Assembly: GCA_900549175.1 (NCBI GenBank)
Contig: URNN01000001.1
Location: 65-64,064 of the forward strand
Origin: an uncultured Prevotella sp.
Lineage (GTDB): Bacteria; Bacteroidota; Bacteroidia; Bacteroidales; Bacteroidaceae
DNA: 64,000 nucleotides
Direction of reading: 5' to 3'
Shown: in pieces, positions 58,100 to 64,000 of the stretch
Position numbering within the stretch: position 1 is the stretch's first letter
Layout: every line of letters begins with the position of its first letter
The notes under the pieces: model-generated
The model's input: the letters and a program-made list of their open reading frames with translations, nothing else
The model's database searches: none
Told to the model about the DNA's origin: nothing
Position numbers and translations under genes: made by a program

Positions 58100-58501
58100 T
58101 TATTTGTTCAAGTGTTTTATCGGCTGGGCGTTCTCGTCCGTCTCGTCGTACTCATACGTCGTGTCCTCGTCCTCGTATTCAAGCTCGTCGTATGAGACAC
58201 GGATATGCCGCCTGTGATAGAGAGCCGCAAATGTACTGATTATCTTGTCCGTAAGTGCCTTGCTTTCAGAAAAGACGAAATGAAGTTCCTTTGTCATATA
58301 GTCAAAGTCGAAATCTGCCATTTCTCCCTTATAGCGGTCATCAGTATTGTATATCGCCACGGAAACATAGTCCTCCGTGCCGCTTTGTAGCTCTACAAGA
58401 TGTCCGTAGCATGTGAAACTCATGTTGTTGCTCTCGCTTGTTGTAACCTTGTCTATCAGCTTTTCGATAAACTTGTAGGTCTTGTTCCTTTTCCTTGTCA
58501 T
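58100..58501 (-). CDS. Hypothetical acidic leading-region protein
   Basis: Likely start MTRKRN. Confidence 0.7.
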   Translation of the reverse strand: MTRKRNKTYKFIEKLIDKVTTSESNNMSFTCYGHLVELQSGTEDYVSVAIYNTDDRYKGEMADFDFDYMTKELHFVFSESKALTDKIISTFAALYHRRHIRVSYDELEYEDEDTTYEYDETDENAQPIKHLNK

Positions 58502-58514
58502 TGTATAAACCGTT

Positions 58515-58745
58515 TTTTTTGTGAAACTTTTTGTTTTCCCTGTTTTCGGCTTTAATCCTGCCGTCAGGGATTTTACGGATGCCAACACACGGTCATCGGA
58601 ACAGCATCATGCGGCGGCTTTTCCTGACAATTACACTCCGCATGGAGGAAGAATTTGCAGGAAATGCACTTCAAGCCATCGACATCATGCGGCGATGACA
58701 GACCTTTGCATCCGATAAATCCTGACGGCACGCACAAGCATTAAG
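58515..58745 (-). repeat. Long-hairpin upstream element E
   Basis: TGCCGTCAGGGATTT..CGGATGC / GCATCCG..AAATCCTGACGGCA. Confidence 0.7.
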
Positions 58746-58885
58746 AAATTTCAAACGGTATTGGAATAGCTTTATACAGTAAGGTTAAAAGTCAAATACA
58801 AAAGGCAGAATTGTTTATAGAAGAGGTTTTTTACATGTAAAAACTACTTCATTCTGCTCTAAGTTCATATTTTCTTTGAAAAAAG

Positions 58886-58917
58886 TTTGGCTGTCTGAGA
58901 TTTTATTACTAACTTTG
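58886..58917 (+). promoter_or_regulatory. Bacteroidetes promoter for the sRNA-abi unit
   Basis: TTTG-N20-TAACTTTG. Confidence 0.75.
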
Positions 58918-58922
58918 CACCC

Positions 58923-59007
58923 GAAAAAGAAGATTCTCGGTTTATGCCGAATCAAAGATAACAGAACCCGTCTGCATCCCGGAGACCTGCAGGCGGGTCA
59001 CTTTTTT
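58923..59007 (+). ncRNA. Candidate RNA antitoxin / attenuated leader of the AbiF-like toxin
   Basis: Hairpins at 58932-58953 and 58966-58998 followed by T6, between promoter and ATG. Confidence 0.55.
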
Positions 59008-59018
59008 ATAAAACAGGT

Positions 59019-59948
59019 ATGGAAAATCAGAAACCACGTAATATAGAGGAACAGATTCGCTTGCTTCGTGACAAGGGCATGAATTTCTCAGATGATGAAG
59101 AGCGTGAGGCAAAGGAGTGTTTCTCACGTATCAGCTATTTCCGTCTGAAATATTATTGGAGAGACTTGCTGGATGCGGATACAGATGGAGATTTCATTGA
59201 AGGAACCACCTTCAGTGATGTTATCCGGCGGTATGATTTCGACCATCAGCTGCGCCTTATTCTTTTTGACGCAATAGAAATAATAGAAGTGGCATTGCGT
59301 TCAAAGGTGATTAACCACATGTCGCAAGCCGCAGGTAATGGATTATGGTATTTGGACTCCTCTCTTTTTGAGAACAGTGATTACCATGAAGATTTCGTTT
59401 ACGACTTAAAATATGAATTTGGAAGAAGTACGGAACCTTTTGCCAAAGAATATATAGACAGTCATCCCAATTGGGACGAGGAGTCTTTTGACGGTGACAA
59501 TCCGGATGCGTGGAGGATAATAGAGGTGGCAACATTCGGTACTCTTTCCAAGATGTACAAAAACCTTAAGTCGCAGCTTCCGCAGCGTTCCGCAATAGCC
59601 AACGATTTTGGACTTTACTCAGTAAAAGACCTTACAGGCTGGCTTGAGGCGATTTCTCTGATGCGTAACATCGTGGCGCACCATTCCAGACTATGGAACA
59701 GGACGCTTGGAAAGAAAGTAACCAATCCAAGAGGCTTACGTGACAAATGGCTAAACTCACCATTGACAGAAAATCAGAAGAACAGGCCATACGGCTTCAT
59801 CGTGGCTATGCTGTATCTCTGCAATGCTGTCTGCCCCGACAATAAAATAAAGAATAAGATTCTTGATCTGATAAGTGCCAATCAGAACATTCCTTATCAG
59901 AGGCTTGGTTTTATTGGAAATTGGAAGGACGATCCAATATGGAGGTAA
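59019..59948 (+). CDS. Abi_2 (AbiD/AbiF) family HEPN RNase
   Basis: EEQIRLLRDKGM, ISYFRL, YDFD..LR, IEVALRS, TFGTLSK, RNIVAHHSRLWN. Confidence 0.9.
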   Translation: MENQKPRNIEEQIRLLRDKGMNFSDDEEREAKECFSRISYFRLKYYWRDLLDADTDGDFIEGTTFSDVIRRYDFDHQLRLILFDAIEIIEVALRSKVINHMSQAAGNGLWYLDSSLFENSDYHEDFVYDLKYEFGRSTEPFAKEYIDSHPNWDEESFDGDNPDAWRIIEVATFGTLSKMYKNLKSQLPQRSAIANDFGLYSVKDLTGWLEAISLMRNIVAHHSRLWNRTLGKKVTNPRGLRDKWLNSPLTENQKNRPYGFIVAMLYLCNAVCPDNKIKNKILDLISANQNIPYQRLGFIGNWKDDPIWR

Positions 59949-60200
59949 AAGCCGTCTGTGATGGTTTGCAAAAGGCTTTTCCCTGAAATAGTAGAAAGGA
60001 GGATGTATAATAAGGTAAACGCAGGACAGATGTCAAGCCATAAAAGAGATTGTCCGTAAGGACCGGATAAAAAGTATAAAAGTGAGGTCCGTTACAATCC
60101 TTGCCACGTTCCATGCGGACACTTTGTATGTGTAAAGAAAATCCCCTCTGCCCGGTTATCACAACCAAACAGAGGGAGAAGGTTAAATATGAAGTAACAA

Positions 60201-63200
60201 TCATGCCACCTTTTCTGCGGCTTTAATTTCCGTTTCCGGCTCAGAACTTGTTTCGGGCTGCTGTTCCGTCTTGTTCAAATCCGCCTCAATCTTCCTTTGC
60301 AGCTCCTTGCATTCCAGTGTGAGCCTTGCCAGCTCGTCCGCCTTGTCCCACTCTCTGCTGACAATTTCCTGTAATGTCGGTAACTCGCTTTCCAATTTCC
60401 CGATGCGGTTCTGCTGTTCTTTCAAGAGTACAGGCAGCTTTTCAAGCGTAATCCTTGGATATTGAGCGGACTCAACAAAGCCCAATGGCAGTGCGCCGGA
60501 TAAACCGTAACGGTATTTCAGTCCGCTTATGCCCTCCACAAAGAACGAATTATGGTCGAACAAGCCCGTGAGGTTGGTCTCGCTGTGCACCAAAAGGTTC
60601 AATCCCATGTAGCTGCCTATGGTCTCATATACACCGCTGCGGTAAGTCTTTGATATGCGGTGCAGCTCACGTCCTGTCTCCTCTGCCGTAGTCTGTTGCA
60701 TATTCAACAACAGTGTCACGGCTTCACCGTTATATGAGCTGATATATTCCAAATCCTGCCTCATGCGCTCTGCCGTGCGGCTTACTTTCTCTATCTCCTG
60801 CCTGTTTGCGGCAATCTTCCGCTCCGCCTTTATGCGGCTCTTCTTGAATATAGCCTGCTCTTTCTCCAGCTGCATGATTTTGTTGTCGAGTTTCGCCTTG
60901 TTCAGCAGGTCTGTATTGCCGGAAAGTATAGCCACGAACTCTGCAAAGTTCATTCCACTGTCCTCGTCCATGCTGTCCTCGTCGATACGGCGCACGGCTA
61001 TCGTGCCGTTGTTTATCTGGTTGATGAACATTTGCTTGTTCTTTAAGAGATTGAACTTGTAAGCGTCAAGTGTCTTTTCCGTGCCGTAGATTACTACATC
61101 CACTACATTGCCGCCCCACAGTTTCACGGTGTTGCCCTTTCTCACGGCTCTTCCGTTGCGCTGCTCCATGTCGGCAGGTCGCCAAGGTATTTCAAGGTGA
61201 TGCACCGCAACGGCTCTTTTCTGTGCGTTCACTCCTGTACCTAACATGGTGGTTGAACCGAAAAGCACCCGTACCTTTCCGCTGTTCATGTCCTCGAAAA
61301 GCCGCTTTCTCGCCCTCTCGGTCTTAGCGCACTGGATAAACTGTATCTCGTCAGCCGGAATACCCAACCGCACCAGCTTGTCCTTGATGTCGCTGTAGAT
61401 GTTCCACTCGCCGGGCTTGTACGTTGAAAGGTCGCTGAACACGAACTGTGTGCCACGGTTGGCATTGGAGCGCACATAATAGTCATGGATTGTCCTTGCG
61501 CATATTGATGCCTTGTTGTTCGCATCGTCAGTGAACTTGCCACCCAACAGGCGCATGTCAAGAGCCATCTTGCGTGCCACGTTTGTGGCAATAAGCATCT
61601 TTGCCTTGTCGAGATTATCAGGTTCGGGTGTGTCAAGTCCCAAGTCATCCCATTGTCCGCTGTTGGCAAAGGAGACAAGCCGTCCTATCATTTCCTCCTG
61701 TGCAATGGTGGGAGCGTGTGAGAGGAAACGCACATTCTTATCCGGCACGTCAAGGTTTATCATGTCGGCGGTTCTGTAATCTGTGATTTCACGCAGGAAC
61801 ATAGCCAGTTCCGGCACTTTAATATAGGTACGGAAACACTCTTTTCTCTTGATTGCTCCTGTCACGTTCAGCTCGTAGTCTGCCGTTTTCTTCGTGAATA
61901 TCGCCGCCCATGCGTCAAAGCAGCTTATCTGCTGTCTCTGCAGTTCCCTTGGACGCAGATACTTGAACATCACATAAAGCTCGGTCAGTGCGTTCACCAC
62001 TACCGTACCCGACAGGAATGTTGCGCCAAGGTCTCTGCCGTTGCGGTTCTGAATGTCACGAATGGCAAACAGCATGTTCATTGCCCTTTGCGAGCCGCGC
62101 GTGTTCCCGATACCTGCAACCCTTGTGTGCCTGGTCTGAAACATTAGGTTCTTAAAAAGATGGCACTCGTCTATGAATATGTGGTCGATACCCATAGAAT
62201 GAAAGTCCACGGTATCGTCCTTACGGCTCTCAATCTTCAAGCGGAGTTCGGCAAGTTTGGCTGTAAGGTTCTGCTTCCTCTGTTCAAGCCCCTTTTGCAT
62301 TTTCCCGCTGCGGTAACGCATGGTGCTTTTCTCCAGCACTTCAAGACTGCGCTCCACATCGGCAAGCTCCTCTGTGAATATCTCAATCATCGTCTCCTCC
62401 GACTGCGGTATCTTTGAGAACTGGTCATGTGTCATAATTATACAATCCCAGTTGTTGTTCTTTATCTTTGAGAACACCTCCTTGCGGTTGGATGGTGTGA
62501 AGTCCTCCTTGCCGGGATATAGCACCTTTGCCGTGGGGTATGCCTTGCGGAATGTGTCGGCTATCTCATGCACGTTGGCTTTCAGTCCTATTATCATCGG
62601 TTTCTGAACCAGTCCGAGCCGCTTCATTTCATACGCCCCTGCACACATTATCATGGTCTTGCCTGTTCCCACCTCATGCCAGCAGATACCGCCGCCAAGT
62701 TGCTTAATCATCCAAATGGCATCTTTCTGTGACGGATACAGGTCATTGTAGGGGAACTGCTCAAAGGACAGTCCGGGGAATGTCTGTGCCGAACCGTCAT
62801 AGTGAGAACGAACATAGCAGTTGAACCGCTCATTATATACCCGTACAAGCTCGTCACGCTCCGCTATCGGTCTGTTGTCAAGCCATGTGTTGAACTTGCT
62901 GCGGATTTCCTGTATCTTGGTGGCTGCCTCCTGTATTGCTTCTTCATCGGGCACACGCACCTTTTCACCGCCACGGTAAATCTCCTTGGTTATTTCGGGC
63001 ACGGTGTCTTGAAGTGCGAACACAAACAGGTCTTCACCGTTGTAGCTGCGCACGGAATAGGTGTTATATGCGATTGGGGAATATCCCTGCAAGCGAACAA
63101 GGTAGGTGTCGTTCACATCGAAGTACATCACGCTTGTTTCCACATCAAAGAGTTCTGATGCGAATGCGGCATAAAGCTGTGTGTCTATCCACCGCTCGCC

Positions 63201-64000
63201 CATGTTGATGTCAAGCTCCTCGTATGGCACAGGTTCGGGACATACGTCCTCCAGTGCTTTTAATGCCTCTTCCGCATACACCTTTTCCTTGCCGTCCAAG
63301 TTGGCGATGCAGGAAACTATCTCTTTGCTCTTGGCTATCACGTTTCCTGCAAGGAACATGCCTTTGTGCTCCCATCTGCTGGCAGTTGGATTATAGAATA
63401 TCTCGCCTTTGAGTTCTGCGGCTATATCGTCCTCGCTCTTGCCTGTGGACTGGACGATGTAGGTCATGTTCACACCTCCGTAATAGTTAAGGCTGCTCAG
63501 CAAGGCTTCCATGGAAGTCTGTATCTTTGACGTGGTTTCTTTTTGAAATGCGACCGGCTCACGCATGATGTCAGCCTTGAATATGTCCGTGCCGACCTGC
63601 ATTTCAATGGTGAACACCTCCACACCGAGGCTGTCAAGCATTATAAACTCCTTGTTGTCGTTGTCATGGAAAAATCCCCATTTGCTGACAAAGGCATCAT
63701 ACTCCCTGTTAAGTTGTTCCCTCAATGCTTTTTCTTCCCTCTGTTCCTCTCTTTCTATGTTTGAGAGTTCAAAATAGGTCTTACGGATAGGGAAATAGTC
63801 CCTTGCCCTCTCGATGTTCACCTTGCCGTCATCAACAGGCATAAAGTCAACTGCCGTTGCGGTATAATGGCTGGACTTCCTGTACTGCAACGTGCCGACC
63901 TGTCCCTCGAACATCACCAAAGCACCGTTTTTCATCCAGTCCTCCGTATTATCGGTGTAGGCACGCTTTCCCCTTTGCCTTGCAACGTCCATGTCGCAGT
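60201..64000 (-). CDS. SNF2/SF2 helicase portion of a large methylase-helicase (DarB-like) protein; 5' part likely outside the window
   Basis: HEVGTGKT, DECH, SGT, GTGVNAQ, WRPADMEQRNGRAVR. Confidence 0.9.
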   Translation of the reverse strand, partial: CDMDVARQRGKRAYTDNTEDWMKNGALVMFEGQVGTLQYRKSSHYTATAVDFMPVDDGKVNIERARDYFPIRKTYFELSNIEREEQREEKALREQLNREYDAFVSKWGFFHDNDNKEFIMLDSLGVEVFTIEMQVGTDIFKADIMREPVAFQKETTSKIQTSMEALLSSLNYYGGVNMTYIVQSTGKSEDDIAAELKGEIFYNPTASRWEHKGMFLAGNVIAKSKEIVSCIANLDGKEKVYAEEALKALEDVCPEPVPYEELDINMGERWIDTQLYAAFASELFDVETSVMYFDVNDTYLVRLQGYSPIAYNTYSVRSYNGEDLFVFALQDTVPEITKEIYRGGEKVRVPDEEAIQEAATKIQEIRSKFNTWLDNRPIAERDELVRVYNERFNCYVRSHYDGSAQTFPGLSFEQFPYNDLYPSQKDAIWMIKQLGGGICWHEVGTGKTMIMCAGAYEMKRLGLVQKPMIIGLKANVHEIADTFRKAYPTAKVLYPGKEDFTPSNRKEVFSKIKNNNWDCIIMTHDQFSKIPQSEETMIEIFTEELADVERSLEVLEKSTMRYRSGKMQKGLEQRKQNLTAKLAELRLKIESRKDDTVDFHSMGIDHIFIDECHLFKNLMFQTRHTRVAGIGNTRGSQRAMNMLFAIRDIQNRNGRDLGATFLSGTVVVNALTELYVMFKYLRPRELQRQQISCFDAWAAIFTKKTADYELNVTGAIKRKECFRTYIKVPELAMFLREITDYRTADMINLDVPDKNVRFLSHAPTIAQEEMIGRLVSFANSGQWDDLGLDTPEPDNLDKAKMLIATNVARKMALDMRLLGGKFTDDANNKASICARTIHDYYVRSNANRGTQFVFSDLSTYKPGEWNIYSDIKDKLVRLGIPADEIQFIQCAKTERARKRLFEDMNSGKVRVLFGSTTMLGTGVNAQKRAVAVHHLEIPWRPADMEQRNGRAVRKGNTVKLWGGNVVDVVIYGTEKTLDAYKFNLLKNKQMFINQINNGTIAVRRIDEDSMDEDSGMNFAEFVAILSGNTDLLNKAKLDNKIMQLEKEQAIFKKSRIKAERKIAANRQEIEKVSRTAERMRQDLEYISSYNGEAVTLLLNMQQTTAEETGRELHRISKTYRSGVYETIGSYMGLNLLVHSETNLTGLFDHNSFFVEGISGLKYRYGLSGALPLGFVESAQYPRITLEKLPVLLKEQQNRIGKLESELPTLQEIVSREWDKADELARLTLECKELQRKIEADLNKTEQQPETSSEPETEIKAAEKVA

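Noticed and set aside
1..64000. tRNA, rRNA, integrase, att sites, reverse transcriptase or IS transposase
   Set aside because: None recognisable; element boundaries lie outside the window or could not be seen

Overview
A 64-kb stretch of a Bacteroidales (Prevotella-like) conjugative or mobilisable element. Support: TAnnTTTG promoters, a T9SS substrate, PcfJ/PcfK, MobV, ArdC/zincin polyvalent proteins, ParA and a methylase-associated SNF2 helicase. No core T4SS ATPase or integrase gene is recognisable inside the window. The left 20 kb is cargo: an AT-rich 1310-aa PRTase...TIR protein, a C-terminally truncated SpvB/FG-GAP/YD (Rhs) protein behind a T9SS-CTD protein, and an alpha-oxoamine synthase + FemAB-like GNAT operon flanked by two TetR genes. 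The same TTATAA-N6-TTATAA palindrome lies at both the synthase promoter and the T9SS/Rhs promoter, which suggests a small-molecule signalling circuit controlling a secreted toxin. From 21.9 to 38.7 kb is a plus-strand backbone operon. From 38.9 to 64 kb are mostly minus-strand leading-region and maintenance genes preceded by long hairpin repeats, plus an AbiF-like gene with an upstream sRNA. A family of about 70-80 bp structured mini-elements with target duplications is inserted several times. All product calls come from motif recognition only; no searches were run.
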